A DNA stretch of 64,000 bases from Candidatus Eiseniibacteriota bacterium (GCA_963707915.1 OY970178.1:554098-618097); one strand, 5' to 3'; shown: positions 20,197 through 31,722, counted from the first letter of the stretch. Notes: generated by a model from the sequence alone, not told the origin. Program-made: numbers and translations.

Positions 20197-22485
20197 TTGG
20201 ACCTCCTCGAGAGCCTCAATCCCGAACAGCGTGCCGCCGTCGAGCACCCCGGAGGGGCGCTGCTCGTCATCGCCGGCGCCGGCAGCGGCAAGACCCGCGT
20301 GCTCACCGCCCGGGTCGCGCGGTTGCTCGCGGACGGCGTGCCGCCGCGCGGGATCCTCGCGTTCACGTTCACCAACCGCGCCGCGCGCGAGATGCGGGCA
20401 CGGATCGACGCCGCGGTGGCTTCGTTCCTGCCGGCGGGCTCCGCGGCCGGCGAGATGTGGGTGGGGACGTTCCACGCGACCTGCGTGCGGCTGCTGCGGC
20501 GCGAGGCGGAGGCGGCGGGTATCCCGCGCGGATTCGCGATCTACGACCGCGAGGACCAGGAGACCGTGATCCGCGGCCTGGTCAAGAAGCTCGAGCTCCC
20601 GGAGGCGGCGTACCGGGTCGGGATGGTGCTCGCGCGCATCTCGGACGCCAAGAACGCGCTGGTGGGTCCGACGGAGTTCGCGGGCGCGGCGGCCAGCCCG
20701 CACGAGCGTCGGCTGGCGGAGCTCTACGGTCTCTACCAGCGTGAGCTGGCGTGCAGCGGGGCGCTGGATTTCGACGACCTGATCGGCTCGACGGTGCGGC
20801 TGCTGCTGGAGCGGCCCGACGTGGCCGAGCGCTACGGGCGGCGCTTCCAGCACGTGCTGGTGGACGAGTACCAGGACACCAACCACGCCCAGTTCCGGCT
20901 GGTGCACGCGCTGGCGGCGGTGCACGGCAACCTGTTCGTGGTCGGCGACGACGACCAGTCGATCTACGGCTGGCGCGGCGCGGACCTGTCGAACGTGCTC
21001 GAGTTCGAGCGGGCCTTCCCGGGTTCGACGGTGCTGCGGCTCGAACAGAACTACCGCTCGACCGGGAACATCCTCGGCGCGGCGAACGCGGTGATCGCGC
21101 ACAACCGGGCGCGCAAGGGGAAGACCCTGTGGTGCGAGCGCGAGGCGGGGGCCCGGCTGCGCTTCGCGCTGGCGACCGACGAGTCCGACGAAGCCCGGCG
21201 CGTGCGGCGCTTCCTCGAGGAGCGCGTGCGGCGCGGGGGTCGGCTGGACGAGGTCGCCGTGCTGTACCGCACGAACGCCCAGTCGCGCGCGCTCGAGTCG
21301 GAGCTGCTCCACCAGGGGATGGCGTACGAGATCGTCGGGGGCGTGCCCTTCTACCAGCGGCGCGAGGTGAAGGACCTGCTGGCGTACCTGCGGGTGGCGG
21401 TGAACCCCGCGGACGCGGTGGCCTTCTGGCGCATCTGGAACACTCCGCGGCGCGGCCTGGGGGCGGCGGTCCGCGCCGCGGTCGAGGCCGTGGTGTCGGG
21501 GCGCGGTGCCACCCCCGTCGAGGCGCTGCGCGTGCTCGTCCGCGAGGACGGCCTCGCGCGGGCGGCGGCGCAGGGGGCCGAGCGGCTGCTCGGCGTGATC
21601 GACGAGCTGGCCGGTCGGCTCGAGGACCCGGTGGACGTCCTCCTCATGCGGTTGCTGGCGGGCACGGACTACCTGCGCCACCTCGAGTCGCTGGGGGAGG
21701 AGAATCACGAGGACCGCCGGGCCAACGTCGAGGAGCTGGTGGCGACCGCCGGGGGCTTCGCGGCGCGTGGCGAGGGCACGCTCGCGGACTTCCTCGCCGA
21801 GACCTCGCTGCTCAGCGACGCCGACCGGCTGGCCGAGGGCGTGGACCGCGTGCTGCTGCTGACGGCGCACAACGCGAAGGGACTCGAGTTCGACGCGGTC
21901 GTGGTGGCCGGGCTCGAGGAGGGGTTGTTCCCCCACGCCTCGTCGCTCGAGGATGACGCCGAGCTGGAGGAGGAGCGCCGGCTGTTCTACGTCGCCGTCA
22001 CGCGGGCGCGGAACGAGGTGCTGCTGACGGCGGCGGCGACCCGACGGCGCTTCGGGGCGCTGGGCGGTCCGTTGGGGGGGCAGGTGTCGCGCTTCGTCGA
22101 GGAGATCCCCGCGGAGTTGCTGGACCGCGAGTTGTCGCCGGCCCTGGCGCGGCCGTCGCGGAGCGGCGGGGGCCGATGGGAGGGCGACGGGGCGGCCCGG
22201 GCGGCGGGTCCCTCCGCGGGGGCTTCGCGGCGCGGGTGGTCCGAGGGGTCGGGGAGCGCGGCGCGGCGCGCGGAGGGCGGCCGCGCGCCGGAGTCGGCCG
22301 GGCGCGGCGGGGCGGCGCACCGCGTGGTCGGCCGGGAGGTCTATCACGAGATCTTCGGTCGGGGTATCGTGGTGGACGCGGAGGGGCCGCCCGGCGACCT
22401 CAAGTGCACCGTGCGCTTCGCTGCCGGCACGAAGAAGGTGATGGGGCGTTTCCTGACGGGAGGAAGCGATGGCGATCCCGCGTGA
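20197..22485 (+). CDS. pcrA: UvrD/PcrA SF1 DNA helicase
   Basis: LNPEQ, AGAGSGKT, VDEYQDTN, GDDDQSIYGWRGA, LEQNYRST, T.H.AKGLEF, EEERRLFYVAVTRA, C-terminal Tudor-like domain. Confidence 0.95.
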   Translation: MDLLESLNPEQRAAVEHPGGALLVIAGAGSGKTRVLTARVARLLADGVPPRGILAFTFTNRAAREMRARIDAAVASFLPAGSAAGEMWVGTFHATCVRLLRREAEAAGIPRGFAIYDREDQETVIRGLVKKLELPEAAYRVGMVLARISDAKNALVGPTEFAGAAASPHERRLAELYGLYQRELACSGALDFDDLIGSTVRLLLERPDVAERYGRRFQHVLVDEYQDTNHAQFRLVHALAAVHGNLFVVGDDDQSIYGWRGADLSNVLEFERAFPGSTVLRLEQNYRSTGNILGAANAVIAHNRARKGKTLWCEREAGARLRFALATDESDEARRVRRFLEERVRRGGRLDEVAVLYRTNAQSRALESELLHQGMAYEIVGGVPFYQRREVKDLLAYLRVAVNPADAVAFWRIWNTPRRGLGAAVRAAVEAVVSGRGATPVEALRVLVREDGLARAAAQGAERLLGVIDELAGRLEDPVDVLLMRLLAGTDYLRHLESLGEENHEDRRANVEELVATAGGFAARGEGTLADFLAETSLLSDADRLAEGVDRVLLLTAHNAKGLEFDAVVVAGLEEGLFPHASSLEDDAELEEERRLFYVAVTRARNEVLLTAAATRRRFGALGGPLGGQVSRFVEEIPAELLDRELSPALARPSRSGGGRWEGDGAARAAGPSAGASRRGWSEGSGSAARRAEGGRAPESAGRGGAAHRVVGREVYHEIFGRGIVVDAEGPPGDLKCTVRFAAGTKKVMGRFLTGGSDGDPA

Positions 22486-22768
22486 CGAGGTCCGGCGCAT
22501 CGCCGGGCTGGCGCGCCTGGAGATCCGCGAGGAGGATCTGGAACGCCTCGCGGCGGAGCTCTCGGCCGTGCTCGACTACGCGGAGGCCCTGAAGCGCCTC
22601 GACCTGACCGGCTGCGAGCCGCTGAGCTTCGTCCCGCCCGGGGGCCCGCTGCGCCCCGACGAGCCGGACGGCCGGGGCCTCACGGCGCGGCAGGCGCTCG
22701 CGATGGCGCCCGAGGCGGAGGGCGGGTTCTTCGTCGTCCCCGCGGTGCTGGAGGGCCAGGACCCGTGA
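22469..22768 (+). CDS. gatC: Asp/Glu-tRNA amidotransferase subunit C
   Basis: V..IA.LARL, LRPD, AP....FFVVP.V; first gene of gatCAB. Confidence 0.93.
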   Translation: MAIPRDEVRRIAGLARLEIREEDLERLAAELSAVLDYAEALKRLDLTGCEPLSFVPPGGPLRPDEPDGRGLTARQALAMAPEAEGGFFVVPAVLEGQDP

Positions 22769-24240
22769 CGTCGCGGGAACTGTGGCGCCTCTCGGCGCGC
22801 GCGCTGGCGGACGCGGTGCGCGCCGGCGGGTGCACGGCGCGGGAGGCCGTCTCCGCGGGCTGGGAGGGCCCGGCGGCCGCCTGGGAGCGCGACGTCCACG
22901 CGATCGCGCACTCGGACGCCGAGGGGCGGGGCGCGGAGGCCGGGGCGGCGACCGCGGGTCCGCTGGCGGGCGTGCCGGTGGTGGTCAAGGACAACCTCTG
23001 CACGCTGGGGCTCCCCACGACCTGCTGCTCGCGGATGCTCGCGGGCTACCAGCCTCCCTACGACGCCACGGTGGTGCGGCGGCTGCGCGCGGCGGGCGGC
23101 GTGGTCACCGGCAAGGGCAACATGGACGAGTTCGCGATGGGCTCGTCCACCGAGCATTCGTGCTATGGCCCGACCCGCAACCCGTACGACCTCGCCCGCG
23201 TGCCGGGCGGTTCGAGCGGGGGGCCCGCCGCCGCGGTCGCCTACGGTCTCGCGCCGCTGGCGCTGGGCAGCGACACCGGCGGGTCGGTGCGTCAGCCAGC
23301 CGCCTTCTGCGGGGTCATCGGCCTCAAGCCCACCTACGGCCGGCTCTCCCGCTACGGGCTCGTGGCGTTCGCCTCCTCGCTCGACCAGGTGGGCATCTTC
23401 GGGCGCCATGCCGGGGACGTCGCGCTGCTCTATTCGTTGCTCGCGGAGCCGGACCCGCTCGACGCCACCAGCCGGCCCGGCCCGCCGCCGGACGTGAGCG
23501 GCTGGGACGGCGGGGTGGAGGGCGTGCGCATCGGCTGGCCCGCGAACCTCTGGCGGGAGGGAGTCGCCGCCGAGGTGGTGGAGGGGCTCGAGGAGGCCGC
23601 GGCGGCGCTCGAACGGGCCGGAGCGCGGCGGGTGCCGCTCGACTTCCTGCCGGGGGAATACGCGGTCGCGACCTACTACCTGGTGGCCACGGCGGAGGCC
23701 AGCTCCAACCTGGCGCGCTTCGACGGCGTGCGGTATGGCCAGCGGGCGCCGGGGAGCGCCGACCTGCCCGCGCTCTACGCGCGCAGCCGCGGGGCGGGAT
23801 TCGGCGCCGAGGTGCAGCGGCGCATCCTGCTCGGCACCTGCGTGTTGTCAGCCGGCTACCAGGACCGGGTCTACCTCACGGCGCAGCGCGCCCGCGCGCG
23901 GATCCGCCGGGAGTACGAGGCGGCCTTCGCCCGCTGCGACCTCCTGCTCATGCCGGCCGCGCCGACGCTGCCGTTCCGGCTGGGGGAGAAGCTGGACGAC
24001 CCGCTCGCCATGTACCTGAGCGACATCTTCACGCTGGGTGCGAACCTCGCGGGCATCCCGGGACTGAGCGCGCCGGTCGGGGCGGCCGCGGGCGGACTGC
24101 CGCGGGCGGTGCAGTTGCTCGGCCCCGACGACGGCGAGGGACTGTTGTTGCGGGCCGCGCGGGCGCTCGAGGTGCGGGGCGCGCGGGCGCGGCTGGATCG
24201 CTCCCACGAAGCGGAGTTCGCGTGGCCCACGAGGCGGTGA
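22765..24240 (+). CDS. gatA: Asp/Glu-tRNA amidotransferase subunit A
   Basis: KDN, NMDEFAMGSSTE, PGGSSGG, GSDTGGSVRQPA, EASSNLARFDG. Confidence 0.96.
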   Translation: MTSRELWRLSARALADAVRAGGCTAREAVSAGWEGPAAAWERDVHAIAHSDAEGRGAEAGAATAGPLAGVPVVVKDNLCTLGLPTTCCSRMLAGYQPPYDATVVRRLRAAGGVVTGKGNMDEFAMGSSTEHSCYGPTRNPYDLARVPGGSSGGPAAAVAYGLAPLALGSDTGGSVRQPAAFCGVIGLKPTYGRLSRYGLVAFASSLDQVGIFGRHAGDVALLYSLLAEPDPLDATSRPGPPPDVSGWDGGVEGVRIGWPANLWREGVAAEVVEGLEEAAAALERAGARRVPLDFLPGEYAVATYYLVATAEASSNLARFDGVRYGQRAPGSADLPALYARSRGAGFGAEVQRRILLGTCVLSAGYQDRVYLTAQRARARIRREYEAAFARCDLLLMPAAPTLPFRLGEKLDDPLAMYLSDIFTLGANLAGIPGLSAPVGAAAGGLPRAVQLLGPDDGEGLLLRAARALEVRGARARLDRSHEAEFAWPTRR

Positions 24241-25709
24241 TCGGGCTGGAGTGCCACATCCAGCTGCGGACCCGCGGCAAGATGTTCTGCGGGTGCCCGG
24301 CGGAGTTCGGCGCTGTCCCCAACGCCAACGTCTGCCCGGTGTGCCTCGGCCTGCCGGGCGCTCTGCCGAGGACGAACCGCGAGGCCGTGGTGCTCGCGCT
24401 GCGGCTCGGGCTGGCCCTGGGCTGCGCGGTCCGCGCGGAGAGCCGGTTCGCGCGCAAGCACTACTTCTACCCGGACCTGCCGAAGAACTACCAGATCACC
24501 CAGTATGACCGGCCGCTCTGCCACGGGGGCGCGCTGCCGGTGGAGGACGGAGGCGGCGGGCGCCGCTACGCGCTCGAGCGCCTTCACCTGGAGGAGGACG
24601 CCGGGAAGTCCTCGCACCCGGTGCGGGCCGGCGACCGGCCGTTCTCGCTGGTGGACTTCAACCGGGCGGGGGTGCCGCTGCTCGAGCTGGTGACGGCGCC
24701 GGTGTTCCGGGAACCGGCCGAGTGCGCCGCCTTCCTCGCGGCCCTGCGCCGCCTGGTGCGCTGGCTCGACGTCTCGGACGGCGACATGGAGAAGGGGCAG
24801 CTGCGCTGCGACGCCAACGTGAGCCTGCGGTCGGCCGGCGCCGAAGCGCTGGGGGTCAGGACGGAGCTGAAGAACCTCAACTCGATCCGGGGGGTCGAGA
24901 AGGGCCTGGCCGCCGAGATCGCCCGGCAGCGTCGGCTGCTCGACGCCGGTCGCCCGGTCGAGCCGGCCACCCTGCTCTACGACGTCGAGCACGACCGGCT
25001 GGCGGTGATGCGGTCGAAGGAGGCCGACCGCGACTACCGCTATTTCCCCGAGCCCGACCTGCCCGCCCTGTGCGTGGAGGACGCCGTCCTCGCGGCGGTG
25101 CGCGGCGGGCTGCCCGAGCTGCCGTGGGACCGGGCGGCGCGCCTGGCCGCGCGCCACGGGCTGTCCCCGCGCGACGCCGCGATCCTGTGCGGGCAGCGCG
25201 AGCTCGCGGATTACTTCGAGGCCTGCGCCGCGGTGGCGGACCCGGGGCTGGCGGCGAACTGGGTGATGACCGAGGTGCTGCGCGTGGTGCGCGAGCCGGC
25301 CGTGCCGATCGGGGCCTTCGCCGCGCGCGTGCCGGCGGCCCGGCTGGGCGGTCTCGTGGCGCGCGTCGCGGCGAAGGAGATCCCGGGACCGCTCGCGAAG
25401 CAGGTGTTCGCGTGGATGCTGGCGGAGGGCGGGGACGCGGACGAGTTGCTCGCACGCCACGGCGTGCGCGCGATGCGTGACGCCGCGGAGCTGCTGCCGC
25501 TGCTCGCGGAAGTGTTCGGGGAGCACGGGGCGGCGGTGGCGGAGGCCGTGGCCGGGAACCGCAGGACGGTGGAGTTCCTGGTCGGGCAGGTCATGAAGCG
25601 GAGCCGCGGCCAGGCCGTTCCGCGGGTCGTGCAGGAGCTCGTGGCGACCGAGCTCGCCCGGCGCGCCGCGGGGGGCGGTCCGCCCCGCGATCCCGCGGAC
25701 GCTCCTTGA
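24222..25709 (+). CDS. gatB: Asp/Glu-tRNA amidotransferase subunit B
   Basis: IGLE.H.QL, YFYPDLPK.YQITQ, HLEEDAGK, LRCDANVS, MRSKE...DYRYFPEPDLP. Confidence 0.96.
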   Translation: MAHEAVIGLECHIQLRTRGKMFCGCPAEFGAVPNANVCPVCLGLPGALPRTNREAVVLALRLGLALGCAVRAESRFARKHYFYPDLPKNYQITQYDRPLCHGGALPVEDGGGGRRYALERLHLEEDAGKSSHPVRAGDRPFSLVDFNRAGVPLLELVTAPVFREPAECAAFLAALRRLVRWLDVSDGDMEKGQLRCDANVSLRSAGAEALGVRTELKNLNSIRGVEKGLAAEIARQRRLLDAGRPVEPATLLYDVEHDRLAVMRSKEADRDYRYFPEPDLPALCVEDAVLAAVRGGLPELPWDRAARLAARHGLSPRDAAILCGQRELADYFEACAAVADPGLAANWVMTEVLRVVREPAVPIGAFAARVPAARLGGLVARVAAKEIPGPLAKQVFAWMLAEGGDADELLARHGVRAMRDAAELLPLLAEVFGEHGAAVAEAVAGNRRTVEFLVGQVMKRSRGQAVPRVVQELVATELARRAAGGGPPRDPADAP

Positions 25710-25735
25710 CCCTCGCACGGAGCACTCGATAGAGT
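25706..25735 (+). promoter_or_regulatory. Putative sigma70-type promoter for sua5/tsaC
   Basis: TTGACC-18 nt-TAGAGT. Confidence 0.55.
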
Positions 25736-25818
25736 CGTGCCCCGGACGTCTGCCGCGTCCCCGTCGTTCCCCGGGCGCGTGCATGCGCCGGGCCCGTTCC
25801 GCGGAGTGGAGGCTGAGC

Positions 25819-26475
25819 ATGCAGGTCCTGCGCATCGACCCCGAGCATCCGGACGAGACCGCGTTGACCCGCACCGCGGAGGAGGTGCTGCGCGGCGGGA
25901 TCGTGGCGTTCCCGACGGACACCATCTACGGGCTGGGGTGCTCGCTGTTCGACGCGGCCGCGGTGGCGATGCTGGCGCAGATCAAGCGCCGGGCGCCCAG
26001 CCACGCATTCATCTCGCTCATCCCCGAGTCGATGCAGGCGTGGGGCCTGGCGGCCGACGTGAGTCCCGTGGCGGAACGGCTCATCGATCGCTTCTGGCCG
26101 GGCCCGCTGTCGCTGATCTTCCGTGCCTCGCCGCTGGTGCCGGAGCGCGTGCTGGGCCGCGGGGGCACGGTCGCCCTGCGGTGCCCGCGCGACACGCTGT
26201 GCGAACGCATCCTCGAGCGGATCGGCGGGCCGGTGGTCTCCTCCAGCGCCAACCTGTCGGGCGAGCCGCCCGCGGAGAGCGCCGCGGAGGTCGTGGCGAT
26301 CTTCGGCAACCAGCTGGACCTGGTGCTGGACGGCGGCCCGCGGCACGCCCGGCCGCCGACGACGCTGGTGGACGTCAGCGGCGAGCGGCCGCGCCTGCTG
26401 CGGCGCGGCACCCTCGACGTGAGCGCGGAACTGGGTCCGTTCGACGACGAGACCCGGAGGCCTAAGGGGGCCTAG
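25819..26475 (+). CDS. tsaC: L-threonylcarbamoyladenylate synthase (TsaC/YrdC/YwlC)
   Basis: VAFPTDTIYGL, K.R, FWPGPL, SSSANLSG, PTTLVD. Confidence 0.93.
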   Translation: MQVLRIDPEHPDETALTRTAEEVLRGGIVAFPTDTIYGLGCSLFDAAAVAMLAQIKRRAPSHAFISLIPESMQAWGLAADVSPVAERLIDRFWPGPLSLIFRASPLVPERVLGRGGTVALRCPRDTLCERILERIGGPVVSSSANLSGEPPAESAAEVVAIFGNQLDLVLDGGPRHARPPTTLVDVSGERPRLLRRGTLDVSAELGPFDDETRRPKGA

Positions 26476-26682
26476 CCTCGATGGTCCGCTCGGGCCGACG
26501 CGCCGCGGATGGCGGCGTGGGCCGCCACGAACCGCGCGCGGTGCAGCCGACACGACGAGCGGTGGAACCACGGGCGCCGGGCGTCGCGGATGCCCGCGAG
26601 CCGGTCCTTCGTGGGGCGACATCCTCCCGGACGAGCCAGGGGGGACATCCCCGGTCACGGACGACACCGGCGTCCGCGGGGT

Positions 26683-26711
26683 TTGACCCTTCCGCGGGCC
26701 GAGCCTATGCT
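26683..26711 (+). promoter_or_regulatory. sigma70-type promoter directly before the LMW phosphatase gene (near-leaderless mRNA)
   Basis: TTGACC-17 nt-TATGCT; ATG 8 nt after the -10 box; no SD. Confidence 0.55.
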
Positions 26712-26719
26712 CGGTCGCG

Positions 26720-27211
26720 ATGATGTCCCGCACGCCGCCCTTCCGCCTGGTGTTGCTGTGCACCGGCAACACGTGCCGCAGCCCGCTGGCCGAGGCGCTG
26801 TTCCGCGAGGCACTGGGGCCGGATTCGGGACGAGTGGAGGTGGTGTCCGCCGGGACCGCGGCGTCGGAAGGGCAGCCGGCCAGCGTCGGGGCGAGCACGG
26901 TCGCGGCCCGGGCCGGGCTCGACCTGGGCGGCCATCGGTCGCGGCGGGCCAGCGCGGAGCTGGTGGCGGGCGCCGACCTGGTCCTCGTCATGGAGCACGA
27001 GCACGCGCGCGTGGCCAGGGCCCTGGGCGCCGACCCGAGCCGCACCCACGTGCTGTCCGAGTGGCCCGAGCCGGGTGATCCATCGCTCGCCGTGTCCGAC
27101 CCGTTCGGGGGTTCGTTGGAAGGATATGAAGAGTGTCTGGGCCGGATCCGGTGCCACGTCGACCGGATCGTGCCGCGCATCCGCGAGGCGTTGCGGTCGC
27201 GGCCGGCCTGA
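26720..27211 (+). CDS. ywlE: Low-molecular-weight protein arginine phosphatase, YwlE type
   Basis: P-loop CTGNTCRSPLAE, SAGT, DPFGG; between sua5 and rpiB/glyA. Confidence 0.8.
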   Translation: MMSRTPPFRLVLLCTGNTCRSPLAEALFREALGPDSGRVEVVSAGTAASEGQPASVGASTVAARAGLDLGGHRSRRASAELVAGADLVLVMEHEHARVARALGADPSRTHVLSEWPEPGDPSLAVSDPFGGSLEGYEECLGRIRCHVDRIVPRIREALRSRPA

Positions 27212-27243
27212 GCTTTCGTGCCGCATATCCCATGAGGTGAATC

Positions 27244-28194
27244 ATGCCGATGACCAAGGCGAAGAGCATCTGGATGAACGGGGAGCAGGTGCCTTGGGAC
27301 GACGCGAAGGTGCACGTGCTGACGCACGCGCTGCACTACGCCTCGAGCGTCTTCGAGGGCATCCGCGCGTACGAGACCCCGCAGGGCACGGCCATCTTCC
27401 GGCTCGAGGAGCACATCGACCGGCTGATGTTCTCGGCCCGGGTGTACCGGATGGAGCAGGAGCTGGCCTTCTCGCGTGACCGGATCCGCGACGCCTGCCT
27501 GCAGACGGTGGCGGCGAACGGGTTGAAGGACTGCTACATCCGCCCGCTGATCTATCGCAGCTACGAGCACATGGGAGTGAACCCCTTCGGCAACCCGGTG
27601 CACGTGTGCGTGGCCGCCTTCATCTGGGGCCAGTACCTCGGGAAGGACGCGCTCGAGAAGGGCAGCGCGGTCAAGGTCGGGACCTGGCACCGCCTCGCCC
27701 CGAACACGCTGCCGGTCATGGTCAAGGCCTCCGCCAACTACATGAACTCCCAACTCCTGAAGATGGAGGCCGTGGTGGAGGGCTACGACGAGGCGATCGC
27801 CCTCGACGTGAACGGGTACGTGAGCGAGGGCAGCGCGGCCAACGTCTTCGCCGTGGTCAAGGGCGAGATCCTGACCCCGCTGCTGGCGAACAGCGTGCTG
27901 GCGGGCATCACGCGCGACAGCGTCATCACGCTGGCGCGCGAGCTGGGCTACACGGTGCGCGAGCAGTCCCTGCCGCGCGAGATGCTCTACCTGGCCGACG
28001 AGCTGTTCTACAGCGGCACGGCGGTCGAGGTGACGCCGATCACCTCGGTGGACAAGATCCCGGTGGGCAAGGGCGTGGTGGGGCCGGTCACGCGGGCGCT
28101 GCAGAAGGCCTACTTCGCCGAGGTGCGGGGCGAGGCCCCGGATCGCCACGGCTGGCGCAGCCTGGTCCCGCAGGGCGCGGCCGCGGCGCACTGA
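27244..28194 (+). CDS. ilvE: Branched-chain amino acid aminotransferase
   Basis: [49 protein letters not shown]. Confidence 0.95.
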   Translation: MPMTKAKSIWMNGEQVPWDDAKVHVLTHALHYASSVFEGIRAYETPQGTAIFRLEEHIDRLMFSARVYRMEQELAFSRDRIRDACLQTVAANGLKDCYIRPLIYRSYEHMGVNPFGNPVHVCVAAFIWGQYLGKDALEKGSAVKVGTWHRLAPNTLPVMVKASANYMNSQLLKMEAVVEGYDEAIALDVNGYVSEGSAANVFAVVKGEILTPLLANSVLAGITRDSVITLARELGYTVREQSLPREMLYLADELFYSGTAVEVTPITSVDKIPVGKGVVGPVTRALQKAYFAEVRGEAPDRHGWRSLVPQGAAAAH

Positions 28195-28217
28195 GCCGCC
28201 GGGGCCCGGGAGGCGGT

Positions 28218-28685
28218 ATGAAGGTCGCGATCGGCACCGACCACGCGGGTTACGAGCTGAAGGAGCGCTTCAAGCGCGAGCTCGCGTCGCTGGGCCACGA
28301 CGTGCGGGACGTCGGCACCGCCGCGGCTCTGCCGCCGGTGGACTACCCGGACTACTGCTTCCCGGTGGGCGAGCTGGTGGCGCGCGGCGCGGTGGATCGC
28401 GGGGTGGTGCTGGGCGGCAGCGGGATCGGCGAGGCGATCGCGGCGAACAAGGTGGCGGGCGTGCGGGCCGCCCTGGTCACCAGCGACGAGACCGCGCGGT
28501 TGACCCGCGAGCACAACGACTCCAACGTCATGGCGGTGGGGGCCCGGACCAACCGTCACGACGACGCCGTGCGCTGGCTGCGCATCTGGCTCGAAACCCC
28601 CTTCGAGGGCGGGCGTCACGTCCTGCGACTCGAGAAGATCCGGACCTACGAGGACCTCCACTGGAGAAGCCGGCAGGCACCATGA
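28218..28685 (+). CDS. rpiB: Ribose-5-phosphate isomerase B
   Basis: DHAG..LK, DYPD, GSGIG..IAANKV.GVRA, HNDSN, FEGGRH..R. Confidence 0.95.
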   Translation: MKVAIGTDHAGYELKERFKRELASLGHDVRDVGTAAALPPVDYPDYCFPVGELVARGAVDRGVVLGGSGIGEAIAANKVAGVRAALVTSDETARLTREHNDSNVMAVGARTNRHDDAVRWLRIWLETPFEGGRHVLRLEKIRTYEDLHWRSRQAP

Positions 28686-29950
28686 CCTCACTCCGCGAGC
28701 AGGACCCCACGATCTTCGACGCCATCCATGACGAGCGCCGCCGCCAGCTCACCACCCTCGAGCTGATCGCCTCGGAGAACTTCGTCAGCGAGCCGGTGCT
28801 CGAGGCGCTGGGCTCGGTCATGACCAACAAGTACGCGGAGGGCCTGCCGCGCAAGCGCTACTACGGCGGCTGCGAGTTCGTGGACGTGGCGGAGGAGCTG
28901 GCGCGCGAGCGGGTGAAGCAGTTGTTCGCCGCCGATCACGCCAACGTGCAGGCGCACTCGGGGGCCTCGGCGAACATCGCGGCGTACCTCGCGGTCTCCA
29001 AGCCGGGCGACACGCTGCTTGGCATGAGCCTGGCCCACGGCGGGCACCTCACGCACGGCCACCCGGTCTCGTTCACCGGGCAGCTGTGGAAGTCGGTGCA
29101 GTACGGCGTGCGCCCCGAGGACGGGCGCATCGACTACGAGCAGCTGGAGGCCCTCGCCCGCGAGCACCGGCCGCGGATCATCGTGGCCGGCGCCAGCGCC
29201 TACCCGCGGATCATCGACTTCCCGCGGTTCGCGGCGATCGCGCAGGAGGTGGGGGCGAGCCTGGTCGTGGACATGGCCCACATCGCCGGGTTGGTGGCGG
29301 CCGGCCTGCATCCCAGCCCGGTGCCGCACGCCGACCTGGTCACGAGCACCACGCACAAGACGCTGCGCGGTCCGCGCGGCGGTTTCATCCTGGCGAAGGC
29401 GGCGCTGCTCGAGAAGCTCGACAAGAGCGTGTTCCCGGGGCTGCAGGGCGGGCCGCTGATGCACGTCATCGCGGCCAAGGCCGTGTGCTTCGGCGAGGCG
29501 CTCACGCCCGGCTTCCAGGCGTACCAGCGGCGGGTGGTCGAGAACGCGCAGGCGCTGGCCCAGCGGCTGCTCGGCCACGGCATCGAGCTGGTGTCGGGGG
29601 GCACGGACAACCACCTGATGCTGCTCGACCTGAGGAAGCGCGGTCTCACCGGCAAGCTGGCCGAGGAGGCGCTGCACCGGGCGCGCATCACGGTGAACAA
29701 GAACGCGGTGCCCAACGACCCGCAGAAGCCGTGGGTCACCAGCGGCGTGCGCATCGGCACGCCGGCGCTCACCACGCGCGGATTCGGCGTGGCCGAGATG
29801 CAGGTCATCGGGGACTGCATCGCGAAGGTGCTGGAGAAGCCGGACGACACGACCCTGGCCGCGGCGGTGGAGCAGGACGTCCTCGCGCTGTGCTCGGGCT
29901 TCCCGCTGTTCTCCTGGGAGCCGGTGAAGCGGGCGGACGTAGCGCGGTAG
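28682..29950 (+). CDS. glyA: Serine hydroxymethyltransferase
   Basis: [50 protein letters not shown]. Confidence 0.98.
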   Translation: MTSLREQDPTIFDAIHDERRRQLTTLELIASENFVSEPVLEALGSVMTNKYAEGLPRKRYYGGCEFVDVAEELARERVKQLFAADHANVQAHSGASANIAAYLAVSKPGDTLLGMSLAHGGHLTHGHPVSFTGQLWKSVQYGVRPEDGRIDYEQLEALAREHRPRIIVAGASAYPRIIDFPRFAAIAQEVGASLVVDMAHIAGLVAAGLHPSPVPHADLVTSTTHKTLRGPRGGFILAKAALLEKLDKSVFPGLQGGPLMHVIAAKAVCFGEALTPGFQAYQRRVVENAQALAQRLLGHGIELVSGGTDNHLMLLDLRKRGLTGKLAEEALHRARITVNKNAVPNDPQKPWVTSGVRIGTPALTTRGFGVAEMQVIGDCIAKVLEKPDDTTLAAAVEQDVLALCSGFPLFSWEPVKRADVAR

Positions 29951-30136
29951 CGCCGACGCCCGCAGCGATCGGTGGCCGGCCCCCGGGGCGCCTCCCGGGG
30001 GCCGGTTCGTGCAAGGTGAAGCGCGCGCCGGGTCAGGATGCATCGCGCGCGGGCCGGGGCCCGGGGTGCCGCGTGAGGTGCGGGCCCGGAACGGTTGTCC
30101 TGCAACGCGTTGGGGGCATCGGCCATCGCCGCCGGG

Positions 30137-30152
30137 TGGCACCGTTCCTGCC
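30137..30152 (+). promoter_or_regulatory. Putative sigma54 (-24/-12) promoter
   Basis: TGGCAC-CGTTC-CTGC with exact GG-N10-GC spacing in an intergenic region. Confidence 0.45.
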
Positions 30153-30164
30153 TATGCGGCCGGT

Positions 30165-30584
30165 GTGCGACTTTGCCTGGTCTCCCTGCCCGACATCCTC
30201 GAGTCCCCGCGCACCTGGGCGCTGGCCTGCCGGCACCCATGGCTGTTCGACGGCGAGACGTTGCACCTGGCGGGGCTGCGCGCGGCCTGGGCCGGGGAGC
30301 ACGACACCGCCATCCGCCTGTTCGAGGGCGCGGCCCGGCGCTACCGGGCGGCGCTCCGGGTGGAGCCCCTTGCCCGGGTGCGCGTCCACCAGCTCATGGT
30401 CCGCGCCTGCGCCGCCGGCGGTTGGATCAGCCCGTTGTCGCTCGAGGTGGACCGGGCGCTCACCCGGCTCGAACAGATCGAATCCCCGGAGCCGCCCTTC
30501 GAGCTGGTGCCGGCCCACGTCCTGCTCGCGAACTGGCTCGCGGGCACCGGGCCCGAGAGCGACGCGGGGCGGCTCGCGGCCTGA
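30165..30584 (+). CDS. Hypothetical helical (TPR-like) protein; start uncertain
   Basis: ORF with GC3-biased codons; amphipathic helices (AIRLFEGAARRYRAAL); no recognisable family. Confidence 0.55.
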   Translation: MRLCLVSLPDILESPRTWALACRHPWLFDGETLHLAGLRAAWAGEHDTAIRLFEGAARRYRAALRVEPLARVRVHQLMVRACAAGGWISPLSLEVDRALTRLEQIESPEPPFELVPAHVLLANWLAGTGPESDAGRLAA

Positions 30585-30638
30585 GTCCCCCGCGCGGGGC
30601 GCGACCGGCGCCCGGACCGCGTCCTCCTCCTGCGCGGA

Positions 30639-30666
30639 TTGAACTCGACCGCCGCTCCGATATACT
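30639..30666 (+). promoter_or_regulatory. Putative sigma70-type promoter for the moxR/bat operon
   Basis: TTGAAC-16 nt-TATACT; GGAGGAG RBS before ATG 30733. Confidence 0.5.
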
Positions 30667-30732
30667 GCGCGCGCACCCGCACCCGCCGAGACGGCCCGAT
30701 CTCCGCGTCGCACCTTCCCTGGAGGAGCCTGC

Positions 30733-31719
<987 letters not shown>

Positions 31720-31722
31720 GTC

